A stretch of DNA of 64,000 nucleotides from Eledone cirrhosa (lineage: Eukaryota): positions 209,436,001 to 209,500,000 of the forward strand of contig OZ024740.1 in assembly GCA_964016885.1 (NCBI GenBank). The letters run 5' to 3'. Numbering within the stretch: position 1 is the first letter of the stretch; each line of letters begins with the position of its first letter. The notes under the pieces were generated by a model, which ran no database searches, was not told the DNA's origin, and saw only the letters and a list, made by a program, of their open reading frames with translations. The translations under genes and the position numbers were made by a program. This document shows positions 1 to 12,139 of this stretch, piece by piece.

Positions 1-165
1 AAGAGTCGACCCCAGTACTTGACTGGTACTTATTTTTTATCGATCTTGAATGGATGAAAGGCAAAGTTGACCTCGGCAGGATTTGAACTTGGAGAGCAGA
101 GAGCCAGAACAAATACTGCAAAGCATTCTATTTGATTTTCTAACAACTCTGCCAACTCGCCGCCT
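1..165 (-). mobile_element. tRNA-headed SINE family A/B, diverged copy
   Basis: Reverse complement contains B-box GTTCAAATCC followed by GAGGTCAACTTTGCCTTTCATCC...GATAAAA..AAGTACCAG, a block repeated dozens of times in the window. Confidence 0.8.
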
Positions 166-504
166 ATTGTATAGATAGAAATATAGAAAAAAAAAAAAAA
201 ATTCTACCAGGCAAAATAAATGTTCTAGATCTTCCTTCTACACTTTAATGCTTACTCTATCTAAACCTATTTTTGCCAGTTGCTGACACACGGTTTCGTT
301 TCAATAAATATAATTTTAGAACCAAGTCAGAAAAACTACAGTACATACATTTGGTAGTTCTTTATTTTAATAACATAACTATTTATACAGATGTTATATT
401 TATCAGATGATATACTTGTAATATATGAAGAACAGAATTCTGAAACCAGAATCTGTTGTTACATATGGCTGAAGTGTAAAGGTCATAAATTGTAACAGGA
501 TGTT

Positions 505-1750
505 GAGCAAATAGTAAACAAATACAGTGGAAGCCGGTTATTGTGATCACTTTGGTACAGAGCAATTAATAAATAAAATACAGTTGAAGCCGGTTATTGT
601 AATCACTTTGGGACAGAGTAAATTAAAAAATAAGTAGAAGCCGGTTATTGTGATCAATTTGGTACAGAACAAATAGTAAACAAAATAGTGGAAGCCGGTT
701 ATTGTGATCACTTGGGGACAGATGAAATAGTAAACAAAATACAGTGGAAGCTGGTTATTGTGATCAGTTTGTGACAGCAAATTGTAAACAAAATACAGTA
801 GAAGCTGGTTATTATGATCACTTTGGGACAGAGTAGATAGTAAACAAAATACAGTGGAGGCCAGTTATTGTAATCACTTTGGGACAGAGGAAATAGTAAA
901 CAAAATATAGTGGAAGCCGTTTATTGTGATCATTTTTGGACAGAGTAGATAGTAAACAAAATACAGTAGAAGCTGGTTATTGTGATCACTTTAGGGCAGA
1001 GCAGATAGTAAACAAAATACTGTAGAAGCTGGTTATTGTGATCACTTTAGGGCAGAGCAGATAGTAAACAAAATACAGTAGAAGCTGGTTATTGTGATCA
1101 TTTTGGGACAGACTAGATAGTAAACAAAATACAGTAGAAGCTGGTTATTGTGATCACTTTGGGACAGACTAGATAGTAAACAAAATACAGTGGAAGCTGG
1201 TTATTGTGATCACTTTGGGACAGATTAGATAGTAAACAAAATACAGTGGAAGCTGGTTATTGTGATCACTTTGGGACAGACTAGATAGTAAACAAAATAC
1301 AGTGGAAGCTGGTTATTGTGATCACTTTGGGACAGACTAGATAGTAAACAAAATACAGTGGAAGCTGGTTATTGTGATCACTTTGGGACAGATTAGATAG
1401 TAAACAAAATACAGTGGAAGCTGGTTATTGCAATCACTTTGGGACAGATTAGATAGTAAACAAAATACAGTGGAAGCTGGTTATTGTGATCACTTTGGGA
1501 CAGACTAGATAGTAAACAAAATACAGTGGAAGTCGTTTATTGTGATCACTTTGGGGACAGACTAGATAGTAAACAAAATACAGTGGAAGTCGTTTATTGT
1601 GATCACTTTGGGACAGACTAGATAGTAAACAAAATACAGTGGAAGTCGTTTATTGTGATCACTTTGGGACAGACTAGATAGTAAACAAAATACAGTGGAA
1701 GTCGTTTATTGTGATCACTTTGGGGACAGACTAGATAGTAAACAAAACAC
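505..1750 (+). repeat. 56-bp minisatellite, ~22 copies
   Basis: Unit ctggttattgtgatcactttgggacagactagatagtaaacaaaatacagtggaag repeated head to tail; left copies more diverged. Confidence 0.97.
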
Positions 1751-1896
1751 TGTAGAGATCCAAAACAAGTAGCATAAGGTGTTTTGTGTTAAGCTGTAAC
1801 ATTGTTGCCAATTTGCCACCCCTACACCTACAAACAGTGTGGACCACATCCAATAAATGGTCATTTAACTGATTAGCATTGTTTAACTTACAAATA

Positions 1897-2069
1897 TACA
1901 AGGGTCATCTAAAAAGTTCCTAGGCTGACCAAGATACTCTCATGGAATGAGCAAATGAGATTTATTTTTTAACATGGTTCCTGGAATGAAATTAATGCAT
2001 GCAAGATTTCACAGCTCTTGCATCAATCCTTCATAGTTAGGCTATGAATTTTTCAGCCCACCCTCCTAC
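1897..2069. mobile_element. mariner-type MITE, degenerate
   Basis: Begins TA-CAAGGGTCATCTAAAAAGTTC and ends GAATTTTTCAGCCCACCCTCC-TA; imperfect TIRs resembling mariner TACGAGGG ends. Confidence 0.45.
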
Positions 2070-3743
2070 TTCAACTATTATCTTAAAGATGTTCTGTTTC
2101 TTCTCTCTGCCTCTTCCTTCCTACAATAACCTCTGAAACAGCTAACTACATATCCTCTTCACCAATGCCTACCTGTTCCAACCATCTTTCCTTCCTCAAT
2201 CACTCTTGCTGTATCATGTCTCCCAGACTACTCACTGAATACTCTGCCATATTTCTTCCTCTGCAGAATCAGAACTCCCTGAGTATCCCTTTCTGACTGT
2301 GTTATTTTTCCTACAGATGCCAACCTACAGATCTTTGTACTAAATATCACCCACATCAGTCTTACCAATCTGAAAGAGCATGTAAAGTTCACATGCACTT
2401 CTTTCCCTCCTCTGACTAGCTTATTAAAAAAATAAAGAAATACCCTCCACCCCCACCCCCAAACAAAAACAACAACAACAAATAAACAGAAAACCTAAAT
2501 GAAATACATATGAATGACAATGATCTCACAGGCTGATAATTCTTATGGATATAAAACATTCCCAATTTGTTGTTAACAATAAATCCTATGGACATACATG
2601 ACATATATGTTTCATTCCATGAAAAGCTGATCAATTAAGTATTCTAAAGTTAGAAATTATGTAGGATTGAAATAATTACAAATTCTATTAGCTTCTAGTT
2701 TTTTTCTTATTCTACCAAATTTTGCTATTCAGTTACCATTTTGTTTTTTTCTCTTAATTTTATATCAATGTTGCTAAACTGTTATGTTGAATGGGTTTGC
2801 AAAATGTTACCTTCATAACTCCTATTGCTCAATCCACTACCAACAACCAACATGTAGCTGTCAGTGTCTATCTCCCTCCCCCATCACCTTATTACTCCCT
2901 CCCTTCACACTCATATTCATACTCTCTCCTCATTTAACCACTAATCTTTTTTTTAAATGCATTGAAAGGATGGAGATGACATAGAGTGAAGATGATGGTT
3001 ATTTGCAATGTAGGGTCAAAGCAACCTTTCTAATGTTGGTACTGCAATAAAATACACCCAATACACCCTGTGAGACAGTGTAGAGTAGAGAAGGCTCTTT
3101 AGTCTTGCCTAAGACATGACAGCCTATCTAGTGATGGCGCTCCTATAAAATCCACCCAGTACACTATGTAAAGTTATTGGTGGTAGAGACTATGCCAAAA
3201 CTTGGAACATATGAGCAGGACTTGGTTCTCTGACCCACATAGTAGGACAGTTATTCTGAATGAGAATTGGCTTGGAACATGACAACTACCTCCAACTCAT
3301 GTATTGGAAAGTGGATATAAAATTATGATGGTGATGATGATGAAAATCTACCAGATCATGTATGTTGTTGATACTGGCTATTTTACTGCTAACAACTCTA
3401 TTATGAAGTGTACATGAAAAGTTTATTTACCACTGAGGAGATTGATGTGGCTGCTAATAAACTACTTGATTTACATGTTAACTAGTAGGCTTTAAATTAT
3501 TCAACTAAAAATAAAAATTATTGTGTTATAGGAAATAACCCATGTGAGTCAGTAGCATGAATTTAAATAAGCTACAGAGTTAAGGGGTAATGTACTGAAT
3601 GATTGTATGAAAAAAATCCTCAATTAGTTTAAATCTCCTTCTTAATCAAAGAAAGAAAACAAAAGCTTGTTAGTGCTTACAAAAAAAGGGGGAAATAATT
3701 TTAAGGAATTAAGAATTAACCCACACAAAATTGATTGCCATTC

Positions 3744-4010
3744 TTAACCCTTTTGATACCAACCTCCCCAAAACTGCCCTTAGCTCTATGAAAACCTTTC
3801 AGCCAGTGTCAGATTTACCATTGTTCTTAGGTGTGCTTAAGCATAGGACCCTGTGGGCCATGTGGCATCTTCCTGCCAAAAATGTTTTTACCTCCTTCAG
3901 GGCCCAAGTAAGAGGCCTCATTTGTCCTAAATCTGGCACTACTTTCAGCATAATTTGATATAAGAACCATATGTTAAGTTATAATACAAATATTAGCTTA
4001 ATAATAATTT
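3744..4010 (+). mobile_element. TTAA/piggyBac-type MITE family 2, partial; contains a nested hAT MITE
   Basis: TTAA-CCCTTTTGATACC start shared with copies at ~29331 and 57114. Confidence 0.6.
3804..3941. mobile_element. 138-bp hAT-type MITE
   Basis: TIRs CAGTGTCAGATTTA / TAAATCTGGCACTA; exact 8-bp TSD ctttcagc at 3796-3803 and 3942-3949. Confidence 0.85.
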
Positions 4011-5244
4011 TAAATTTTAGGCACAAGGTCAAGCAGTTTTGTGTGGCGGGGAACGTTGATGAAATTGTCTCCAGCACCTAAATTGTACTTTATTTATTGA
4101 CATTGGGAGGAGGAAAGGCAAAGTTGATCTTGGTAGGATTTGAACTCAGAATATATAGAACTGACACACATACTGCACAGCATTCTATCCAACACTAACT
4201 ATTCTGTCAATCTCCATCATCAAATATCATCTTAATAATAAAATAATAAATTCTCCATTAATTAATTCACATATAGTGTATTTCATTAAAATATGCTAAC
4301 AAAAGGATTAAGAGATATTTCTTATCGTTGTTTTGGGGCAAAGGAAACATCAGTGAACTTCTTTTGGTCTTATTGGATCTCATCAGCATGATTTAGTCTG
4401 CTCAAGTTTGCTTTGAATAACTGACAATGGTTTTTATATATAGAAAAAAAGTTAAGATAATGTTTTTTGTTCAGTAGTAATTTACATAATTGAAAATTTA
4501 AATGTGCTAAAAGAAACAACTTGTGGTAAAATGGCTTGATTTTAGATAATCTCCACCCCACCCCATATAGTAGAAAAGGCTCTTCAGTTGAGCCTATGAC
4601 TGACAACCTCCCTAGTGTTCATGCCACAATAAAATGTACTCAGTTCATTTTGTAGGGTGGTTGATGATAGGAAGGGCACCCTGCTGTAGAAATCATGCCA
4701 AAAAGAGTTGAAAGAACTCTTTAATTGTGTCAGAGTACAACTTCTCTAGGGTTGGTGATATGATAAAATGCACCCAGTACACCCTGTAAAGTGATTGGTA
4801 ATAGGAAAAGCATCCAGCTATAGAAAACTTGCCAAACAAAGGGTAGAAAGGAATTTTCAGTTGTCAAGGACACCATAACCTCCCTAGTGTTGGTGCCATG
4901 TTAAAATATACAGTGCACTTTGTATAGAGTGTCAACGTATGTAAGCAAGGTCCTGGCTCATTTCAGAGATCAGTGGCTCTGATTAAATACTAACCTGGCC
5001 TGTGATACCCTATCTAGTTGTTACTAGCAGGGAAAACATGTTAAATGATGATGATGATGAAGGTAAAGATTGGTGGAGTAAATGATGGAAACAAAATATT
5101 CTCGTAGTTGGAGAAAGGAAACAAAAACCTCAAGCTAATTGTTAGCAAATGCCCCCACCCCTACACAAATTTTACTAAATTAATTCTGAATTTCATAAAA
5201 TTATCTCCCCTTTTCTTTGTGAGTTGTTAATTATTTATTTCTTC

Positions 5245-5510
5245 TTTCTATCTCGCAACTCTTGATGGAGTTGTAGGGACGCCATATTGACATACAGTGT
5301 TTCTTGGGCATTTTCAGCTTGGCAGAGCCCATCTCCTTTCCTGACAGTAGATTTCTTACACGGAAAGATAGAAAGTGAGAAAGAGATGTTAGAGGAAGAA
5401 TCGACCCTTGTACTAGACTGGTACTTTTTTTTATCAACCTCGGCAGGATTTGAACGAACACCACAAAGCATTCTATCAGACGTTCTAACGACTCTGCTAT
5501 TTTGCTGCCT
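5245..5510 (-). mobile_element. SINE family B (family A-like head and central block, long purine-rich tail)
   Basis: Head gcagagtcgttagaacgtctgatagaatg, B-box, AAGTACCAGTCTAGTAC, then a tail with GGAGATGGGCTCTGCCA shared with 7800-7930, 30700-30800, 47940-48050 and 52690-52790. Confidence 0.8.
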
Positions 5511-6186
5511 GAGTTGTTAATTACTGTTAGGCTAATAAAATTATTGTAGAATATTTTATATTGTAACTTATCTAAATATGATATTTAAAAAAAATTCCAC
5601 TAATAATATTTAATAGGTATTTTCTTAACCTTGCCTTACAATACAGTATATATATATATACAAGAATGGGATCAGTGAATTTTAACTGTGAAGTTATTAT
5701 CATATTGTTTCACAACATGATGATGTCAACCATGCATGTGCATTGAAGCATGTCTTATTATGTGTGTATCTTCCTTTTTTTTAATTAATGTGAATATAGG
5801 TGATCCCAACATATATTTTCCCATAGGAAAGCATATTATTTCATTATTCTTAGAATTCATTGAATGGGAATGAAAATGAAAAGAAAATTAGTCTTTCTTT
5901 AGAAAATAATTTTTGTGTGATAAAAACGTTTAAAAGTAGTACATGCTGAAATTTTCTTAAAACAAACTGACAATGAAGAAGAAGGCAATGAAAATAAAGA
6001 ATTAAAATTATGATATAAATATATATATATATATATGTGTTAGAAAGGGCATCCAGCTATGGAAACCAAACCAAAATCAGTTCTGTGTGAACGAATTCAT
6101 GGTCCCCCGACCTGATCTCACACAAAGGGAAAGCTCATCTTACCCATGCTAGCGTGGAAGATGGACGTTAAACGATGATGATGATG

Positions 6187-6189
<3 letters not shown>

Positions 6190-6229
<40 letters not shown>

Positions 6230-6388
6230 CAGGATTACTGACAGTTTCCCTCGATCAAATTCACTGACATGGCATTGGTCCACACAAGTCTTTAGTAGAA
6301 GACACTTACTTAAGATGCCACGCAGTGAGATAGAACCAAAGGCCATATGGTTGCAAAACAAACCTCTTAACCACACAGCTATGTCTGC
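6190..6388 (-). mobile_element. CORE-like SINE family D with (CA/TG)n tail
   Basis: Reverse strand: A-box-like GCTGTGTGGTTAAG, cactgcgtggcatctt..gtaagtgtcttctact, gtgaatttg...ggaaactg, ending in (TG)n; related copies at ~19345-19520, 34435-34560 and 48126-48200. Confidence 0.65.
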
Positions 6389-6685
6389 AATTTAGTTTAT
6401 AGCCAAGTTAGTTGTAAAACAAATGAAAAACTACATAATTAATGAAAGCCTGAAGCTGAAAATGAAAATTCACAAGGTTACCTGTTTCTCTTAGATTACA
6501 CCTCACACGACATAGCAGCTATTCTTTTCAGAACCACTAAAAATACTTCTTTTGCTAACCTATGGCAACAGATATTATAGAAATAATTAGTTTTTTATAT
6601 TTGTATGTTTTAAAAGGTGGAGAATTGTTAGAGATATGAGTTAAAATCCCACCAAGGTAATCATCATCATTATTTAATGTCTATC

Positions 6686-6808
6686 CCTTTATGATCTGAG
6701 TTCAAATCCCGCCGAGGTTAACTTTGCCTTTCATCCTTACGGGGTCGATAAAATAAAGTACCAGTAATGCACTGGGTAATTGCTGGCCTTGTGCCTAAAG
6801 TAGAAACA
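6686..6808 (+). mobile_element. 5'-truncated SINE family A with 17-bp TSD
   Basis: attatttaatgtctatc at 6669-6685 and 6809-6825. Confidence 0.9.
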
Positions 6809-6842
6809 ATTATTTAATGTCTATCTTTCCTACTAGTAAGAT

Positions 6843-7930
6843 GGCGAATTGACAGAGTCATTAGAACGTCAGATAGAATGGCAGAGTCGTTAGAACATCA
6901 GATAGAATGGCAGAGTCGTTAGAACGTCAGATAGAATGACAGAGTCGTTAGAACGTCAGATAGAATGGCAGAGTCATTAGAACGTCAGATAGAATGGCAG
7001 AGTCATTAGAACGTCAGATAGAATGGCAGAGTCATTAGAACGTTGGATAGAATGACAGTCGTTAGAACGTCAGATAGAATGGCAGAGTCGTTAGAACATC
7101 AGATAGAATGGCAGAGTCGTTAGAATGGCAGAGTCGTTAGAACGTCAGATAGAATGGCAGAGTCGTTAGAACGTCAGATAGAATGGCAGAGTCGTTAGAA
7201 CGTCAGATAGAATGGCAGAGTCATTAGAACGTTGGATAGAATGACAGTCGTTAGAACGTCAGATAGAATGGCAGTCGTTAGAACGTCAGATAGAATGACA
7301 GTCATTAGAACGTCAGATAGAATGGCAGTCGTTAGAACGTCAGATAGAATGGCAGAGTCGTTAGAACGTCAGATAGAATGGCAGAGTCGTTAGAACGTCA
7401 GATAGAATGGCAGAGTCGTTAGAACATCAGATAGAATGGCAGAGTCGTTAGAACATCGGATAGAATGACAGTCATTAGAACGTCAGATAGAATGACAGTC
7501 ATTAGAACGTCAGATAGAATGGCAGAGTCATTAGAATGGCAGAGTCATTAGAACGTCAGATAGAATGACAGTCATTAGAACGTCAGATAGAATGCTTTAC
7601 AGTATTCATTTCTGCTCTCTGTTCTCCTCATTTAACATGTTTGGATGGATGAAAGACAAAGTTCAAATCCTGCAGAGGTCAACTTTGTCTTTCATCCATT
7701 CAAGGTTGATATAAAAAAGTACCAGTCTAGTACTGGGGTCAATTATTTGTCTTTATTTCTTTCTCATTTCCTCTCTCTCTTGCTCTCTGTCCTTCTTGGG
7801 AAAAAATCTTCTGCATTCAGACTTGGAGAGGAAATGTCTCCGCCAGGCTTAAATAATGCTCTAGAAATGCTGTATGTCAATACGGCGCCCCAATGACTCT
7901 CTCAAGAGTTATGGGACCATGCATGCATCC
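6843..7930 (+). mobile_element. SINE family B copy with internally amplified head
   Basis: SINE 5' start at 6843, tandem array to 7594, then the normal continuation gctttacagtattc, B-box at 7661-7670 and the family B tail. Confidence 0.8.
6851..7594 (+). repeat. 29-bp minisatellite (~26 units, with 27-bp and shorter variants)
   Basis: Unit gatagaatggcagagtcgttagaacgtca. Confidence 0.97.
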
Positions 7931-8029
7931 CCTACTAGTAAGTGTTGGATGGGTTTCCACAGACCAAGTTAGTACTCAAGGAGAACTACTGATCTTTCAA
8001 ATGTGCCCGGGGCACATCTTGCTTACATA

Positions 8030-8384
8030 TGCTCTCCAAACACTTTGTTTGGCTGGATGCCCTTCCTATTACGATGTCAATTTTATACATCTGAGCTCTC
8101 TTGCATCTCATCTATTTGCAAGCAAGTATTACATATTGATCGGAAATGTCACCATTAAAAATGATGGCGTGTTTATTTAGGTTGTGTAAACAAATACCAA
8201 TTTTCTTCAAAGACATTGAATGATAAAGACAGAGTTTCAAGTTTACTTGAAGGTGAAAAATGACTGCAACATTTAACACACACACACACACAGATATATA
8301 ATTCAAAATTCAATAAGACCAGTAGACCAGTGCGTTGAGCTTAACCTATCTTACCAATGAAAATAGTGAACTATTACACTAAAC

Positions 8385-8430
<46 letters not shown>

Positions 8431-9290
8431 AGAGTATTGAAGTTTGCTTGAAGCATTGTGGAATAATAAATAAATATCTTTAAGTCGTTTGGAAGCCTCG
8501 ACAATGCAAATGGGTAAATCTCCGGGTAACAAGATCCGGTGGTGGATCTTTCTTCTACACATTTATACATCTTTACACACCACGCATCTCAACGTACACC
8601 CACTTACATCTCTCTCTCCACCACCGGATCTTGTTACCCGGAGATTTACCCATTTGCATTGTCGAGGCTTCCAAATGACTTAAAGATATTTATATATATA
8701 TATATAAATATATATATTAAACAAATAGAACAGCTGCATGTAGGGCTCAATGGAAAATCTAACTTTGAATGACTGATTTGCATTCAAGGATAAACGGAAT
8801 GTTTATAGAAGAAAATAACATCTTTCACAAAGGAGTATTGAAATGTTTCTCCTCCTTCTTCAAATCCAGAGTCAAATAGATTATAAGGAGGGTTTCCTAT
8901 TAACTGCCACTCATTTGGAATGACTAACATTAGAAACCCTTTTGTTGAACTCTTCTCAAACTCTGAAAATCTGCACAGTTCGAAACAAGAAGAATACATT
9001 GACCAACTACATTGTGTTTGAACATTGATAATTAAAATTAATGAAGCATCATTTGATTTGATTTGGACATCAAAGAGATGAGAATATCCTTTGATGTCTG
9101 GCAAAAGTAATGGCTATATTGCTCTAGTTTTATACTTCTTTGTTAACAATTTTTGTTTTTCATGACTTACAAATCATCTTAAGAAATGATCTGTCTATCA
9201 AGGAACAGCTGCAAAGTCTGTTTGTCAATAATTAGACCAATGTCTCAACAATTGTACTGAGTGAAACAAGTCCAAGTGTCACAACAGAGA
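8030..9290 (+). pseudogene. decayed hAT (Charlie/Buster, ZBED5/SCAND3-like) transposase, interrupted at ~8270-8720
   Basis: Conceptual translation gives VNFIHLSSLASHLF, IRNPFVE..KQEEYID, EYPLMS and VCLSIIRP..KQVQVS, matching the C-terminal half of Charlie/Buster transposases; many stops and frameshifts. Confidence 0.7.
8470..8693. repeat. inverted repeat, 77-bp arms, 70-bp spacer, between (TA)n tracts
   Basis: 8470-8546 pairs with 8617-8693 with one mismatch. Confidence 0.95.
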
Positions 9291-9522
9291 TAATCTTTGT
9301 ATTGATTTTCAGAAAGCATATTTTTAATTTCTAATGATATAAAATAAATGTTATCCGAATTGATTATTTACAGTTGTTTTAGAGTTAGATTATAGAATTT
9401 CTCATGTTTTATATGTGATTGCATAGATTGCTTTATATGTAGATAGAGAATAACAATGTTTATTTTTTACATTTGTATAAAATTTCACAGTAAGGGTTAG
9501 AAACTGTTTGTCTAAGATTTAA

Positions 9523-9729
9523 CCCTTTAGCATTTAAACAGGCCACATCCGGCCAGAATTCTCTCACTTCTTTCTGTTCAAACCAGTCATAACTGGCCAT
9601 TCATACTGATGTTAAGGTATTTTTCTTAAAATAAGTAACATTAAAATTTCATAGATTTGATATTATGTGAGGTAAATTCTTTACCATAAAAAACAATAGT
9701 ATATAAAGAGCAATGTAAATGCTAAAGGG
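9523..9729 (+). mobile_element. TTAA/piggyBac-type MITE family 1
   Basis: TTAA|CCCTTTAGCATTTA ... TAAATGCTAAAGGG|TTAA. Confidence 0.92.
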
Positions 9730-9769
9730 TTAATATAAGGTTTGATCCCTGTCTCTTCTGACGATAAGT

Positions 9770-10012
9770 GTTTCAGTTGTTTGAATAACAAAGCAGCTTG
9801 CTCACAAAATTAATGTACAAGTGACTGAGCATCCCACAGAAATATAGTTCTCAGAGAGACTAAGCATGACATAGTGACTGACAATGATGGCCTTTGATTT
9901 ACAGGTACAACTCATTTGAATTGGAGCTATGTGAAACAAAGTGTTTTGCTCAAGGACACAATGCACTGCCGGTTATCGAACTTACAACCTTACAATTGTG
10001 ATGTGAACACCC
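9770..10012 (-). mobile_element. CORE-like SINE family E, diverged (related copies ~18700-18990 minus, ~19500-19860 plus)
   Basis: gtgttttgctcaaggacaca CORE-like block with tail gagcatcccacag..gttctcagagaga. Confidence 0.55.
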
Positions 10013-11169
10013 TAGCAAAGATATATGTGATTTCATCTTGTACATCTATTGTTGTTGAACCCTAGGCGAAGTCTGATTGAGCAGACCTAAGATCAAAGAT
10101 ATTTCAGCTATGATCATCCTGGTTTTTTTTTTTTTTCTTTTTAAACACAAACATTCACACCCTGGTGCATTATCTAACATCTTTTTTTTTTAAAAGACAG
10201 TGAAGTGTAATTTGAGGAAAAATTGGATGCTATTTCTAGCAAGTAGATAAATCACATAGAGGCCCTCTTAGATCACATTTATCTGTATTTTTATGAAGTG
10301 TAACTGATAAGATACTAAAAAAAAATGCTACTTTGGTAAACTGAGCCAATTTGATAGCAATTCACGATGACTAATTTTAATGGCTTAGGATGTGTAGACT
10401 TCATTATCATCACCAGCCTTATACCATTATTATTTTAACATATCTACAACAGATTTATAAAGCAGATATTGTTGACCTGTAATAAAAAAAAAAAAAAAAT
10501 GTTCTAATCTAAGATGACACAATTACCGTAATGTTTTATTGATTAACTCAGGTCATATGAGTCACACTTAATGGGTGCTAATACACAACTAAAAAAGCTT
10601 TTCAGAAAAATGTACAGAAATATTGTTTGTTATTCGTTCGTTTGTCAAAGTTCTTTTATCACACATTCTGTGACCTCTTCAATGACTATCCGTTCTCTCT
10701 TGTGCCTCCTCTTCTTTCTTGTCTTAAAGGTGGAGTAGAAGAGGAAGCACAAAAGAGAACAGAGTCATTGGGGAGGTCACAGAATGTACAGAAATACTTT
10801 TTTTTATCAAGAGGAGACAACTGGAATTAACTTAAATTTACATGTCAAATTTCTTTGTACCCAAGCCTGTAAATTTTTAGAAGGCAACATCAACATTCTC
10901 TGTTGTAGTGTGTAATTGAGTGTATATGTGTTTTCCTTTTTTTTTTTATAGTTCTGGTTCTTTTGTAAATCATTTATTAGTTTTTCATCATCCATTAAAT
11001 AATTGTATTTATGTCCTAAATGTCACTAATAAAAGAACTAAGCGGAGGTTTCCAGTAGAATGAAAGGCAAACTCGACCCAATAGGATTTGAACTCTAAAT
11101 GTGGAGGGATCAAAATATATACAAAAAAATGAACACTCTTAACAATTCTACCACTGACTGTTTCGTCAT

Positions 11170-11365
11170 AATAATTGTTTTTACGTTAGGCACAAGGCCA
11201 GCAATTACCCAGTGCATTACTGGTACTTTATTTTATCGACCCCGTAAGGATGAAGGGCAAAGTTAACCTTGGCGGGATTTGAACTCAGAATGGCAAGGGC
11301 CGTAACTCTATACATCAAAGCATGGCGTCCGACCCTCTACCAATACTGCCAATCCATCGCCCTTA
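11170..11365 (-). mobile_element. full-length SINE family A (~190 bp)
   Basis: Reverse strand: GGATTGGCAGTATTGGTAGAG (A-box), GAGTTCAAATCCC (B-box), central GCCCTTCATCCTTACGGGGTCGATAAAATAAAGTACCAG, tail AAACAATT(ATT)n. Confidence 0.92.
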
Positions 11366-11479
11366 ATAATCATTTCTAACATACACAGTCACTATATTGA
11401 CTTCTAATTTAGGCTTTCCTGGTGCCTTCATGAATTTAAATGGAGCACCAGATTAGTGTCTGGGTCACATCTATTTACA

Positions 11480-12085
11480 GTTCTTCGTATTCTCCCACTT
11501 ATTCCTGAGAGGGTCGTGGGGGAAGAGACCTCAAACACTCCTCCCAACGAGTCCTGTCAGAAACAACCGTCTCCAATTGATCTGCCTGGATTGCCAAGCG
11601 TGACCAGCCAAGCTCATGGATGTTATCCAACCATTTTGCTTCTGAGTCTCCTGCCGGTTAGTTTTGCCTGTAAAATTTGTCCAGCAATTCTTTCCTGGGA
11701 CATTCATTAACACATGCCCATAGTATCGGAACTGTGATCTCTCAATTCAGAGAAGTAGCGGCTCTACCTGGAGTGGCTCTGATGTCTGATTTTCGAACTA
11801 CGCACTTTATCGAATGTTTCTCCAAAGACCCTTCGGAGGAACCCCATTTCAGCTGCTTGATATTTGAACTTCTCTACCTTTTTCAGGAAATCCCTGCAAG
11901 TTCTATTCTGATAGTTTCTTCCTTTGCACACCTCGCTTATGGAATTTTCTTCCGGCTTCTTGCTTTCCTAACCACTACAATTTGTAAAAATTTAAAAGCA
12001 ACATCAATTGTCATCTTCTCTCTCCTTGAATTATGTTCTCTCTGTCTTATCCTTCTCCCTTTTCAGCAACTTCTTGCATTTTAAT
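11480..12085 (-). mobile_element. RTE-clade LINE remnant, 3' end with an internal deletion
   Basis: Minus-strand translation KWLDNIHELGWSRLAIQADQLETVVSDRTRWEECLRSLPPRPSQE matches an RTE ORF C-terminus. Confidence 0.65.
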
Positions 12086-12139
12086 GGCTCTATTGACTTG
12101 TTTGGTGGGAGTAAATAAAAAAAACAAAACAATTAGGCA

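Noticed and set aside
8784-9104. 106-aa minus-strand ORF
   Set aside because: Antisense shadow of the + strand hAT transposase fossil
10420-10500. Minus-strand acceptor (T-run + ACAG at 10477-10480)
   Set aside because: All three frames stop within ~50 nt and only a weak donor follows; could be a UTR exon but is not supportable from sequence alone
11677-12084. 135-aa hydrophobic + strand ORF
   Set aside because: Antisense to a purine-rich RTE remnant
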